From Basidiobolus meristosporus CBS 931.73 (Eukaryota; Fungi; Basidiobolomycota): a stretch of DNA of 64,000 bases. The stretch lies in NCBI GenBank assembly GCA_002104905.1, contig MCFE01000433.1, positions 1 to 64,000 of the forward strand, read 5' to 3'. Each line of letters begins with the position of its first letter. Within the stretch, counting starts at the first letter, position 1. The translations under genes and the position numbers were made by a program. Of the stretch, positions 27,911-41,200 are shown one piece after another. The notes beneath the pieces are model-generated. The model was not told where the DNA came from. It saw only the letters and a list, made by a program, of their open reading frames with translations, and did no database searches.

Positions 27911-28547
27911 CCTTAGGATCGCTTGAGTAAGAAGCTGGCCCAGGCGGAGGCAATGGAGAGGAATTTAAATAACCACCCCGTGGTTTCAAATGGCCTTCAC
28001 TGATCGATGATCCTCTGGTAATGGGCATGCTGCTCCATAACTGGTCACCCGGACCCACGAGAATTCCGGCTGGGCGGTCGGTGGGGTGCCGCCCAGCGGC
28101 CATTTAGAGCCCACGTCTCTCTGGATCCTGGGTGTTTGAGCAGGTGCTGTATGTGACACGGTCTCCACCCTCTCTGTGACAACAATGACCTCAGCTTGCC
28201 TGCGGTGTGCAGCGAATCTACCGAATTGTCCTATCTGTTGCATCGCTGTACACACGAGGGGTCGAGTCCTCCTGACGCGAAGCTCGGGTGAATCTGAAAC
28301 CAATCAGGCGGCTCTACTTTCACGTTGTCCTAACCAACGAGGCGCGCACACACCAACCAACCATCCAACCATTTCAGAAATCACAACTCAGACATCAAAC
28401 GCGGAAACCAATGGTACCGTGATCTATATGGCACCAACAAAGCTCTGGCTGGGCAACGATAGTGGTCAACCTGGGCTTGCCCTGCCTCGCAGTCTTCTCG
28501 CTCGCAAACAGGCTCTGCAGCAGTTGAATCGATTTTAATCCATACGA

Positions 28548-30049
28548 TTAGTCTAAAGTTACATCCCGTTCCAATGTGGGGTTTAGGGTGCTGGGGGCCA
28601 CTTCGGGAGTGGGTGTGGGAGGGGGTGAGGCTGAGGTGGAGGTGGAGGTGGAGGGAAAGACATCGGTCCTACCCGAAGCTACGGGTGGCTCGGTAATATC
28701 CCGTTTACACAGCGGGCACGTTCTATTTAGCTTCAGCCACTCATCAACACAATCTATGTGGAAATGGTGGTGACAGTACAGCTGCCTCAATTTCTGGCCA
28801 TCTTCGTACTCAGATAGACAAATGCAACATATCGCATCCTCCTCCCGGATCCTGATCAGCGTCCCGGTGGTGTCCTCCATACACTCCGACTCTCTCCGGA
28901 CGGGAGGGACCCCCGATTTTCGGCAGAGCTTCTTTTTGACTCGGTCGAGGAAACGTTGCGGTGGGTTCGCGTGGCTGGGCCAGGGCTGATCAGACACCAG
29001 TTGGTGGGTGGCGGGAACGTTCTGTCCCATGTTGATAACATGCGGATGTTCCGGGCTGGCCTGTGGGGTTCGTCGGTAGGTCAGAACAGGGATTTTGGAA
29101 ATCACATCCTCCGTAGCACCAGCTCCGGTCACCTCACCGATGCCCAAGGTGCGCATGATCATCAGCACGCAAGGAAGACAAAAGATCACCGCCCCGCAGA
29201 GGAAAACCGGGATTGTGATCACGAAATACCCCAGGATCACCAGGGCCATGGACAAGCCAAACAGGCCGGGGGAGGTTTTCTGGCAGGTCGTCGTGGTGAA
29301 CAATAAATAGTTTCCCACCAGGAAGATGAACGTTCCTACAAGATCCAGCAGGGATTTCCCTCTGCAAAAGAAAGCTGGTCAGTATTCTGGCTTGTTGTGT
29401 GGGACGCCGCTAGCTCCCAAGGAGGCGTGTGTTTACCTGTCAATCCAGTTCAGCAGTATGCTCGACTGGTCATTGGAGCTGTGTCTCTCGGGATGGATGT
29501 GGTAGGCAGCCAACACTGGAGTGGCCAGGAAGATTCTCACGACGTAACAGATAAGATACAGTCGCAGTGGCTTGTCACATTCCTCATGCCGGGTCACTAG
29601 CAGAATCGCTATGATGGTCGCTGACTAATGGAAAAACTTAGCTTCTCTCACAAAAGGGGATTTGCCGCTTGCTTTACCTGGACGACGAAAGACATGAGCG
29701 ATAGGAGTAGCAGCAGTCTGGAGGTACGGGAGGCATTCCGATAGTACTCTAGTAGGTAACTTAGCCAATTCCGCCTAGCCAGGGTCACGGTACGGATGGA
29801 AGTGGTCCTGATTGAGCCAGAACGTGCGGTAGAGAGGTATATGGGTTGAGGGGTATGGGTATTTTCATGCTGGATATTCATCGAGATTGAGGAACTGGAG
29901 GGGTTGGAGCTTCGCGTGGAAAGTGCAGCGTTCAAGTGCCCTTCGGTTGTCGGCTCATCAGGTGTATTGCTAGAAACGGAAAGGGCTTCTATGGCCGTCT
30001 GGGGCGGGCCCTTCTCCGTACACGTGTGGACTGTGCCCGGCGAACTCAT
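28548..30049 (-). CDS. Multi-pass transmembrane RING-H2 E3 ubiquitin ligase
   Basis: Exons 30049-29678, 29624-29437, 29361-28548 (457 aa). TM block with [27 protein letters not shown] and FCLPC, then [11 protein letters not shown] and the RING-H2 [42 protein letters not shown]. Confidence 0.9.
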
Positions 30050-31849
30050 CAGAGCAGTTATTCCACTTTCTGAAAGGATGAAGTGATATCGTCTCAGTCG
30101 ACCGATAGCGAACTCAAATTGTGGGAAGAATTGGGTTGTAGGGGCGGCCACCAACCAAGTAGTCAAATAGGGAAAATTCGGACAAAAAGGAGACTCAGAA
30201 CGTTGGCTCGCTTCAACAGCGAGCTACATATGTAGGGGATGATTCTCAAGGTCAGCGTTTTATGAGGTGTTCGGGTTTGTTATTTGTCGGAGGATTATGC
30301 GAAATAACCGCATTCTACAAATCGTGTTTGCTCACCAACAATATATAAACTGGCTCCTAGGCGCTAGATCTACTGGTGGAGTGTTGTCGCATAGTTTGTA
30401 GATCTTGTGGATCGCCCTTGATATCCTCAACGATCTGCAACTGTTGGTTGAAAAGCAGCAAGAATGGCCCAAATCTAAACCCTGGTCCCCCCCATCGGCA
30501 AGCGTATGACAAGTGGCTGTGAGTTGGGCCCGAAGCGGTGGTTGCTTTTGATGCTTGTGGTCAGAAACTGCCTGTGTTTGTTGGTGATGATAGGCCTACA
30601 AGGTTGAGACTGGGTGATGAAATGCTAGACTATCTAATCTTATTGAAGATCCTGTATTCATGGAAAACGGAGCACCTGAGGCATGGTTTTAGACCTTCCT
30701 GCATGATATTCTATAAAAGGCCAATATCGTTTGCAACCAGACAAAACCCTGTGCATGCCCATTCCGATTAATACAGGTGGCCTGGGCTCTGGTAAACGAT
30801 TCCATCCCAACAGTAATTTCATGCACGCCATTCCTGAGATGAATTAGGGCAAACAATACATGGTTCCATTGGTTCTGCTGTTGCATTAACCCGCTAGTCA
30901 TTGGCCCACTTGGACTTTCACTCAATTGGAAATGCTGAGGATGGCCATCGCTGTATTGACCTTTTTATGTGTCAAGCTCCTCAAGCAAATAACTCGTATA
31001 GCCTGGCATATGCTTGAGTTTCTGAAACTACTACAAGTGGTTGTGTGGTGATTCCTCATCCCCAGAGCTTTATATATTACGGCTTAAAAACTGCCCATAA
31101 GCTCGAACACCTTATCAAAATCAACAGACCCTGTCTGTCAAGTAGTGTGCACCATCAAATGTAGAGGTTCCATAAGCAATTGACAAACTCATCCTGATTG
31201 TTAAAAAAGTTTGTTACGTGAAAACCAAAGGGTCGCGTTTCAAATGTGCACAAATGCGTCCGTATGAATTGTTTGTTTGAAGTAGTTTGGTCTTCTCCAC
31301 TAACCAGAATATACTCAATAAGCCAACTAGCATTTGCTCTAACCTGCAACTACCACAATTTCAGCTTCCGCCTTTTGAGCACTACTACTGTTGCAGGCAT
31401 ACAGGATTTCCTGACAGTGGCTATGTGCTCATTCCTTGCAACTACCACTGCAGAGCTTTGCCCAATTCAAACTACAGCAAGACCCTTTATTGGTAGGCTT
31501 CCATGTGATTTTTCCACATAGAAGTAGGAAGTAAATTAGGCTGTACCCCCTGCTGGTTCTTATTAAGTACATCTTGAATGAATGAAAATGCAGGAGGTTC
31601 TGGTACCAACAGATATTTGAGTGCATATTATTAGAATCAGACAATCTAGCCTTCTAGCACCAGCATAATTAGTGGATTGAGAGTGCAACAACATTGTAAC
31701 AGCCAGTCAATAGAATGAAATATAGGATCATGTTAAAGAAGTAACTTTTGTGCTCTGGGTATCTAATATATTGGTAAGAATATTACAGGTTTACCCCTAC
31801 AAGGAATTTTGGTAGATATCACCAAGATTTGAAGAAGGGTGAATCCTTG

Positions 31850-32110
31850 GGTGGATCTTCTATGTTCTAAATTTCATCCCCAATCTCCATCACAGTATCC
31901 CAAAAGCTTCTGTTCTTACATTTAAGCTTTATGCAGATACCAGCAGTTCCTTTTAAGTATCTAAATGTCTGCATTACTGTCATTATATGATCAGACTCAT
32001 AGTTCTCACAATGCTGGCTAGCAAATACCACTCAGTACAGAAAATCTGCTTGGATTCCTAGCATCATATGCATTGGACTGCCAACCGCTCACTAACAAAG
32101 GAACTGTACA
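31850..32110 (-). mobile_element. Degenerate Ty1/copia RT/RNase H fragment
   Basis: The minus strand reads ...MHMMLGI..DF...FASQHCEN...H...V..TFRYLKGT....GYCDGDWG..LEHRRSTQGF, the copia YLKGT / GY.DADW / RRSTSG region, with stops. Boundaries are approximate. Confidence 0.7.
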
Positions 32111-32419
32111 CTCCTATATATTTTTAAGCTCTCCTAATTTGGTTGATTTTTGACCAAGCTAAGGTTAATCTGCATAGGGATACCAGGAGGATACTGACTG
32201 AATAACATATGATATCCAGGTTTCAGATTTCTTATTGAAATACTACCTGGCCTTTAGTTTCTGTTTATCCCATGGTATTCTTGTAGTGAGAGTCTTGGAT
32301 ATATTGGAAGTGACTGGGAGAGCAAGTAGACTATGTGGTTTTCACTTAATGATTTATTGAATGCAAAAACAGTATTTATACTCAGCATATTCAAGGCATA
32401 ACAAGAATTACATATCAAT

Positions 32420-33173
32420 CACATGTAGATATATTGATCATAAGTATGGTATTTATACTTTTGATAAAGTAAACAAATATGTATAGTCTAATAAGGAAGG
32501 TCCCAAGAATGTGTGCAATGTTTGGGTTCTTTTGGACAACTTTGAGAGAAATCATAATCTGGGTACCTGACGTTTTGGTGAAAATATTACAAGTAAATCT
32601 CAGCCAGAAGTTTGGTCAGGATAGAATGCTTATCAAAAGAATAAGATCTTTATGATTAAGTTAGCATGAATATTTAGGTGACAACTTAATAATTACAACA
32701 TACAATTAGGTAGAAATCAAATTTTTGTGCTAGAACTAAGCACACAGATATTAGACATCATTTCATACACAATGCCATAAAGAATAGCTTAGTTTAGTTT
32801 GCTGTCCCACATATGAAGTGATTGCAGACATATTTACCAGACCATTAACTAGAAACAAACTTGAATATCTTAGGTCAAAATTAGGACTAGTCAGTATAAA
32901 CATTTAGTTGTGTCAGAGTGTTGTAGAAATTTCAAGTCACTTAGATTAGTACCTACAAATCTTAGAGAATACAGACCAAATTTCTGGTTGGGATTTACTT
33001 GGAATATTTTCACCAAAACATCAGGTACCCAGATTATGATTTCTCTCAAAGTTGTCCAAAAGACCCCAAGCTTTGCACACATATTCTTGGGACCTTCCTT
33101 ATCAGACTATACACATTTGTTTATTTTATCAAAAGTATAAATACCATACTTTTGATCAATAAATCTACAAGTG
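32420..33173. mobile_element. Non-autonomous TIR element (CACTA-like MITE), 754 bp, ~200-bp terminal inverted repeats, 3-bp TSD AAT
   Basis: 32420-32617 is the reverse complement of 32974-33173 with scattered mismatches. Termini CAC...GTG. AAT flanks both sides (32417-32419 and 33174-33176). No coding capacity inside. Confidence 0.8.
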
Positions 33174-33234
33174 AATGACATGCAATTCTCTAGTTCTCCA
33201 CATCACCTCCAATACTCCTCAGAATATTGCAATA

Positions 33235-33246
33235 GGTTATGAGCCC
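33235..33246 (+). promoter_or_regulatory. Copia-type primer-binding site (internal tRNA-iMet half-molecule type)
   Basis: GGTTATGAGCCC closely matches the GGTTATGGGCCC PBS of Drosophila-copia-type elements. A second copy at 57810 is followed by a recognisable copia gag. Confidence 0.5.
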
Positions 33247-36200
33247 CAAGCTCACTGTCCTCTTGGTGTCCACTTTGCCTTGGATCCTTTTCTGTTATTG
33301 TGGAGAGAGACTTTTTGCACTATTGCTCTGCTACAGTTAAAAATGGCTACCACTGCTCAAAGGACTATGTTCATGAGGATATTGCTCTGGAAAAGAAGGC
33401 CTTGCCTTTGGAAATCTCATTGAGTAACTACTCAAGCCAATTATAAAGGAAAGTCTATCAAGCTGGCATGTAAATATGTCCAGAAATATAGTACATTGGT
33501 GCTCAACCACTACTGAAGAAAATTGTGTAATTCCAACAATTGAGGGTACAGATCTACAATGCAATATATTGCTATATGTATTCATATGACTCCAATTTAC
33601 TTTTAGACAAGCTTTTGGGTAGGATATTACCCCAAATTGCAAGAAAAAAAAATAGATTATTATTGAATGATTGCCATAGGAAGATTTTACCACATCTGTT
33701 GCTGCACAAAATATAGGTGAGAATACAAATACAGGAGCTTTTAACCGCCATTTTGGACTACCTATTGAAGGAAGAAGATCTCAGAAACATGCTCCTGCAA
33801 CTGTTAGGATCCTATTGGTTTATAATATATACAATTTCACCTGTAGTATGGATATGTGCTACAAAGTTCATTGGAACAATGCTATAATTGTATCATGTAG
33901 TTTGATACCTGAACCAAGTTACCAGGAACTAAAAGTAGTGCTGTTAGATGTGCTTTCACTCTGTTTAAGTCTCAAAACAGCTGGAGAAAGTGCTTTACAA
34001 ACTTAGCAAAATCAACTCAATGAAATTCTGCTACCAGCCAAAAAGAGTGAAGCAGATGATTGCAAGCCGGATTGGAGTATTCTACCAAGCATCAGTTGGC
34101 CAGTATACAGCTAAGAGCCTCTCAGAAAATAGCATAGTACTTTATACTTGCAATATATATCACTTATGACAGTGAGAGAAAACACTTGGTGACATTTGAT
34201 TATCTGGATAAGATCAGTAGAATTTAATTGATGAAGTCACTACCAAGCTCTACATCCCAGAAATCTGATATGTTGGAGTCCAGCACCAAAGCACTGGTGA
34301 AGCTAGCTTGCAGATGCAGGTTATTTAATCAAATTTGGCCAACTCTATCAAAGGTTATGATTGATCTAAGTGGATGCCAATTTTGATTATATCACTCTCA
34401 AATAGTGATATATCTGGACCAATGATGTTGTGATTACTTCTATACTCCAACACACTGCGGCTCCACCTGTAAGGAAGTCCAGAACCATCCCATAAAAGGA
34501 ATATCCCCTGGGTCATCAGCAAAAAAAGAAAAAGAAGAAAAATGGTAAAGTACTACTACTGCAAATAGGTATTTCCCAAATGGAGACAAAAGCCTATGTA
34601 GGCTTCATTTGGACTATCTGGCAATGCAGACATGCTCAATGGAGCCACTTGTACAAAGGTCTGAAGCCCAAAACCCCAGAAGAGCCTTGAAACTTCAACA
34701 GGATTTGTAAGATATTGTAGTATATATTGGAGCAGATTATTCAATGCAGAAGTCTTGATGTCTGCTGCCTATGGAGCTGAAAGAAAAAGGTGCAAGGATC
34801 AACCATATGGTCTTTGTGGATTCTGAAGACACTGAAAGAATCATTTGGCCTTGCACACCAAGCTCAAGCTTGGAAACAACTATCAGGAGCACAAATATAA
34901 TCAAAGCTCTTGTTAAGAAGAATCTCACTTCTGGAAAGGTGCCAATCTCTACTCTACAAGTATATTCTGATAAGACAAAAGCAGATGCATCAATCCAAAT
35001 CAGTAGAAGTACTTGAAGAATAGCTACCAAACAACCTATGGTATTGTCTGATACCAAACTGGGTAAATCATGAAGCAAATGAACTTTGAATCAACCATAG
35101 ATGAAGTAATTAGTCCAAAGAATGTTACTCCTATGTAAGGAAGACAAAGATGACCACTCTAGATTGCTTTTTTGTGGATATGAGGTCAATAAACAGACAT
35201 GGCTCAAGCAGCGGCAGGCCATCCCAGCTCAGAGCTGAGCAAAAACCTTTTTTTTGGCCATGCTGTATGTGCTTTAGTGCCAGTAAATGAGGATAATCTG
35301 GATCAAGTGTAAATGACAAAGCTTTAACTTGGCCCAACAGAGGTTGTTTTTTCTCCTCATTTAGAGTCAATTTGATAGAAGTAGCTGTCTCTGAGCCCAA
35401 TATGGGCAAAAAGTGAGGTTGTCTAAATGAACTAGATTTTTGGCCAGAAATAAGGAAACTCATGATATGCCATAAATAAAAAAACCCTAACTTGACCAAA
35501 AGTGGGTCAATTCAGCTCAAATAATAAGCATTAGATAGCCCAGGGACTATATAACTTAGCTCATTCTGAGGTCATTGAGAAATCTATCAATCTCTGGTAC
35601 CTTCTGGAACACCATGATTAGTGATCACTTAGCCAGTGAGAAAAGTATATCAGGGAGGCAATCCCACAACAATACATCATCATCCCTTTCACCATTATAC
35701 CAACTTGATGTTTGGTGTAATCACTGCTACCTGCTGCTTCCTTGACTTCCAATCCCAGACCACAGAACACTCCCAGGAAACCACACTGACAGCCAACTGA
35801 CCTTGGAGGCACTACTTGTGAGGAATACTCAGAGTAGGTATTGTTTATTTTGTTCCATTCTTTCCCATGTTGATTCTTGTACAGGCAAAGATACTTTTCT
35901 GTCTTTGTAACTATTGACTACAGCTGCATTCTTATTAAGTCCCTGCTGATGGAGTTTACAGTTGTTGTGACTTTGGAAGCTTTAGTACATTGCCATCCCA
36001 AAGGACACTGAACCCAGCACATTCTGTTGCCAGGATGCTAACTAAGTTGGGGATTGTAGCTCAATGGTTTACCCTTGACAAGCTTGTGGCTTTATTCCCC
36101 TTCACATTAGAGTGGACACAGAACCCAAGTATTCATAGCAAAGCTACTGCTAGAAGTGCTCATTTAGCAGCTTGAAGACATGGATAAGCCACTCCCAAAG

Positions 36201-36505
36201 TCTCTAGCTATAACTGAGTTTACCATGACACCCTACCTTACTCAAGGACTTCCCTAGGGCTTGGCAAAGAGAGTTGACTTACATGCAGCCAAGGATGACA
36301 AGTCTGGAATTCTATGCTTTGCAGAGATGAAATGTGTTCTCCTAGAGACACAACAAACTTCCACCTTTATGAGCCTCTTGAAGTCAAATCTACCCAGCCA
36401 GTAAGCCAAGGAGCCAAGGAGTGCTGCTACTGAGAAGGAAACTTACACTACCAGCAGAATTGATCAACTTGCTGAACAGCTGCAAAAAGCTAGCCCTAAA
36501 GATAT

Positions 36506-37669
36506 ATGGCTCAGCTAAAGTGGCTACTGAGAGCCAGAGACCTTTGTCCAGACACTCTATCTATTGTGATTCTACTCAACATGCCAGAGGAGAATGCTAA
36601 GAGCTTAGTCAGCTATTTGGAGATGGAACTGTACAGTTTGCTGGAATGCTTGCTGACAAGGAAGCAAGGGGGATCTCCACCAATTTCCAAAGAGGAGGGA
36701 TCAGAGCCTTATTACAAGATTCCAACACAGCAGCCAGGAAGCTTACTGTTGATCCCCCTAATGGGACACATGCAGAGAGCACAAGTGTCAGGATCACATG
36801 ACATCCCTGGTCACCAATATTCAAGCTAAATCAAGTTGGTGAAAAATCTCAGTTCCTTCTGGAAAGTTCTGCCACATTCTAGCAACTTCTGGAAAGCTCC
36901 AAATCAACATTACACAATAGAAAGCCTTAGTGACTACTCCATTAACTCAATATATAATCTGTACTGTGGATATGACCAGATCCCCCGGATGAGATATCAA
37001 GATATATGTTTGCACTCCAGACACTATTTGGGCTGTCAAGGAAGACAAGACTCAGCCAAGGGGGTACAAACTCTGTGGCTCAGTTTCAGAGATGTATGGT
37101 GAGTGTGCTGTACCAGTTCATACCTGAGGAACTTGCTGTCATTGTTGATGATGCAGGCATCAAAAGACCAAAGCTCCTGGACACCACTGAGGTTATGCCT
37201 GGTGTAAGAAGGTTTGTCTGTAACCATATTCTGGACAATGATGCTATGTTAAGAGCTATTGAAGAAGCCAGACTCACCATCAGTGGTGAGAAGAGCATTT
37301 TTGTGTATCAGAGATATCTGTTGTTGGACAAAGATGCAACACTTATGGTTGTTTGCCTGGAGACTCCAAGACACAAAAGATAGGCAACTGGCCCACTTGC
37401 ACAAGCCTGACCCAAGCATGTGGCTTCTTTAGAATCTGAAAAACAAGATTTTCTGAAATTGCAGAACCAATTTATCAGTTACAAAGAAAGAATGCCCTCA
37501 TTTATCTGGGGAGAAGAATAAGAAGATGCAATGCTACTACTAGAAGTGGCCCTAGTATCCCTACCAGTTCTAAGACCTCTGCAATTGCAGAACACTGAAT
37601 GCCCACCTATAATGATGGTTGATACAAGCCCAATAGGAGCTAGAGCACTACTGGGCCAAGACAACCTAG
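36506..37669 (+). mobile_element. Degenerate Ty3/gypsy pol fragment (RT plus start of RNase H)
   Basis: ...NLYCGYDQIP..., FALQTLFGLSRKTRLSQGGTNSVAQFQR, VIVDDAGIK, LRAIEEARLTISGEKS, then FIWGEE*EDAM...LVSLPVLRP...MMVDTSPIGA. It is cut at 37670 by an LTR-like sequence. Confidence 0.8.
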
Positions 37670-38259
37670 TGTAATGAACAGACACAAGGCAGGAGAGTAG
37701 AACTAGGCAAGGCAGGACCCAGAAAGGACTTGGGTGTGGATCAACAAGGCAAGACGTGTTTTCAAGGCAAGGCTGATTTCCAAAGCAAGGCTATTTATTC
37801 AAGACCTGAGTTTATCAAACTGAGGAATACACCAGGGGGGGATAGGACTATGTATACTTTTTGGCAATATGGATGCCAAGAGATATTGGCTAATATTGAT
37901 GGGGTTCTGGGGTGAAGCACAGTAAGTGTGCCAAGATAGAATATACTAAAGAACAGACTGGAATATCACATTGAGATATGTCAGGGGTCAGTTGATTATG
38001 TGACTAGGTCATGTTGCATGTAGTTACCATATATGGCATGGGACTACATAAATTTTAATGGGAAGCTTCCATAAAATGTTCCATTGTGTAATGTTAACTT
38101 GGAGCTTTCAAGAAGTTGCTAGAGTGTAGTAGAACTTTCTAGATGGAATTGGGACTTCTTCAATGACTTAGCAGGAGCCCAACAGCTTTATGTCTCTGCT
38201 CATTCACTGGTTCCCATATGTCCAGGTCTTTGCCAAGCACCGCAAGGGCTAGCCCCTCA
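37670..38259 (-). repeat. Probable solo LTR interrupting the gypsy RNase H region
   Basis: Begins TGTAATG exactly where gypsy homology stops and ends ...CCCTCA where CACTA-copy homology begins. Non-coding, with AATAAA on the minus strand near 37795. No TSD is recoverable and the right end is uncertain. Confidence 0.4.
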
Positions 38260-41200
38260 TCTGCCAGTCTTTACATAGATTGTTGCAATATTCAAGTGTG
38301 TGTTCTTGAGCACTACTCCAAAAGTAGTGTTGTAATCTCTTTGTGTGCCTATTAATATTCCAAAATTTCACTGAGGATATTACAATAACCTTTTGAGTTC
38401 AAGACATTGTTACTTTGCTTGTGAGTTGGATCACCACTTTGTTAACAATGGTGGATGTGGAGACTGTGGTAGAAAAATTGCCTTTCTCTGCAAACTCATG
38501 TACCTCACTGAAGGGTAGCTCAACAGGCTGCACTTTCAACTCTTGCAAAAACAGCTATTTTCTTGTTGGTAATTCTTCTTGGCTTTGATGGGATTCAGTC
38601 TGTTCCAAGCTTACACTGTTAATTGGCAATAGCTGTAGCCTTTTTCTCATGCTTCCCTGTCTCTGACTTGGGTAGACTTTCTCCCTTTACCTTTTCCTTT
38701 GTCACTGCAAGGTCTTTCACTGCTACTTGTGTGAGTTCTTCTTGTATTCAACTACATTTTCTCCTTGAAGAATGCGACTATGATGCATCTGTTATGTCCA
38801 GCTTGTCCCTTGCTTGCACTCTGTTGGCAACCTGATGCTTCATTTATAATTGATTTAAGCTCTCAGTCTATGCTGTGATGAGATCCTGAGGTAGCTGCTT
38901 GTTTATATCACTGCCAGGTCCTTAACTGTTATGTTGATTGAGTGCTTTCCAAGTAGAACTACACATTTTCCTTGGTAAATTTTGTGCTGGTGCATCTGTA
39001 TCTGCCTGCTTTTACCTTATCAGCACTCTTTCAGCTACCTGATGTCTCTTTGAGGCTTACTTGGAGCTTTTGGCCCTGCTTTTAACAGGCTATTGAGGAC
39101 ACTGCTGGCTTATGGTCATTGCACCCTGGTTGTTCTGCCATTCTTGAGATACTTACTTAGCAAAGCAATAATGGCCCAGAATGTGTTTGCTTGCTTGGAT
39201 CCCAGATAATGCTCAAGGAGTAAGTCAAGCACATTTTGCTTGGCCTTAAGTTCCTGATGGTCCCATTGTATGCAGACCTTAAGGTGTTGGCTTGCTAGAA
39301 TTCTAATGGTCTCCTTAATATTAGCCCACTTCTGATCATTGCACTCATTAGCTTCACAGATCTTCAATGTCTTTTGATACTTAGGCTTTGGTGTTGAACA
39401 CTACATTTTTGCCCTCCCATACTACAATAGGTTTTCTGTGGGCTTTATCTTTGGGCACTGTTGTTATGTATCAATGACTGTACAGTGTTCCTCTGCTGTT
39501 AAATCAGGAAATGGCTCAACTCTTGGCTGTGACATTGAGATACTCAAGGTCCCTTTTTGCGGCAAAGAAACTGCTTTCTCTACCTGGGATATTGATTGCT
39601 CTACACCTTTTGTCTGCTCATCCTGTTTCCGTACTATTTCTTGATTTCTCTGGGCCATTGCATCTATCCTATCAGCCACTGCACCTAATTGCCTCATCAA
39701 TACTTAGGTATGAGCAGACAAAATACTGAGTAATATGGATGGTGATGATGTTAAGATGGCCTCTTGCTGGTCTTGAACCAAAGGTACTGCTTTTGCTACA
39801 TTCTCAACTACCTCAGCATTATGATCAGCTTGCAGCTCCACAGATATTCCCAATTGCCTACTTGACTGAGATCTTGAGGAGTCCATATTATTACCTCTGT
39901 GGGAACACTATCCACTGGGCCATTTTTAGTTGTAACCCTGCTTGTTGCACTAAATGTCAAAGCAAGCTGTTGTCCCACCTTTCTTCTGCTGCTGTCAACG
40001 GTGGGGTTTGGCCAGGAACCAGACAACTTTGCTTTTTTTTTGGCGGAATATATATGGCAGTAAGTCAAACTAAAGGGGAAATGGGGTTACATATACCTGT
40101 GTATGTGGTGCCACAGCTTTATTTATAATGCTTACTATGGCAGGTCATTATTGAATCTTACATTCATGTAGGTGCAATGTCTCAGATCAAAGATTGTACT
40201 AAGTTCACTTAAGTATTGACAAAAAAGTGATATAATAGCATGATGTTATTGAGTGTCAAGCTGTTTGCCCCCTGGACAAGACTACTTTGAATCTATGCAG
40301 TAAGAGAAGAGAAAAAAGACTATGTGGCTATTGTAGCAAGCCTCTCAGCCATGAAGCATACAGACAGCATAGGAAGTATTACAAGGATCATGACCAGTGT
40401 ATTGCCACCCAAGTCATATTAACCATTCACCTGTCACTACTATACCAACAATATCTTGCCAGCCATTTGATATATCTATTATGGCACCTAACCATACTTG
40501 TCACTTTGCACAAACAGAGTCAGGTGAGCTTGGGATGCTTTTAAGCTCACCTCAGCCTTCTTTATATGGCATGCAGAGTGATAGTTATGGAGAAGCAGGC
40601 TTGCTGGTAATTTGTGAGCCTACCTTCCCTAACAACTGTACTCTGCATGAGCCTGGCAAAATCCTATTATGCAATGAGACAACACCCATGGAAAAAAATG
40701 CCAAGGGTACTTTCTGGAGTTGGGTGTGCCTAGTAGTCCATTTACTGGTGAATGATGTAGTGTTGTGGGTAGAGATGTGGCATGTGTCCACCAATATCAG
40801 TATTGGGAGCTTGGAGGATTTACAACTACCTCTTGCCAAAGTCATCCCAGGATGCAACTTACAATGTACATGGTATAAGTGGACAACCATCATGCAGCTG
40901 GCAACATACAACCCAGAGACCATCTTGATACCAGCATGTGTTAACAGTTGCAGGGCATTCACATCAGATAGTGCCATCATTGCAAGGTGTCCAACTTGTC
41001 AGGAATCCACCAGCTTTGGGGGAAAAGATTAGTTACACTCTGTATATATTCCAGTGATGCCCTGTCCAAAGAAGCTCATGCAGTACAGCAAATATTGTAA
41101 AGCTATAAAGTACAACACTCAGTATCAATCAAGCACAAACATACCCAAAATTGATGGATTCTCATTGAACAAGTACACTACTGGCAAACCACTACCATAT

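Noticed and set aside
25477-29367. Several 60-155 aa ORFs overlapping the NIPA, GPCR and RING genes in other frames or strands
   Set aside because: Shadow ORFs expected in GC-rich coding sequence; no independent motifs.
38271-38278. Alternative LTR end TTACA followed by TAG matching the left flank
   Set aside because: These bases lie within sequence homologous to CACTA copy B (45141 onward), so the match is probably coincidental.
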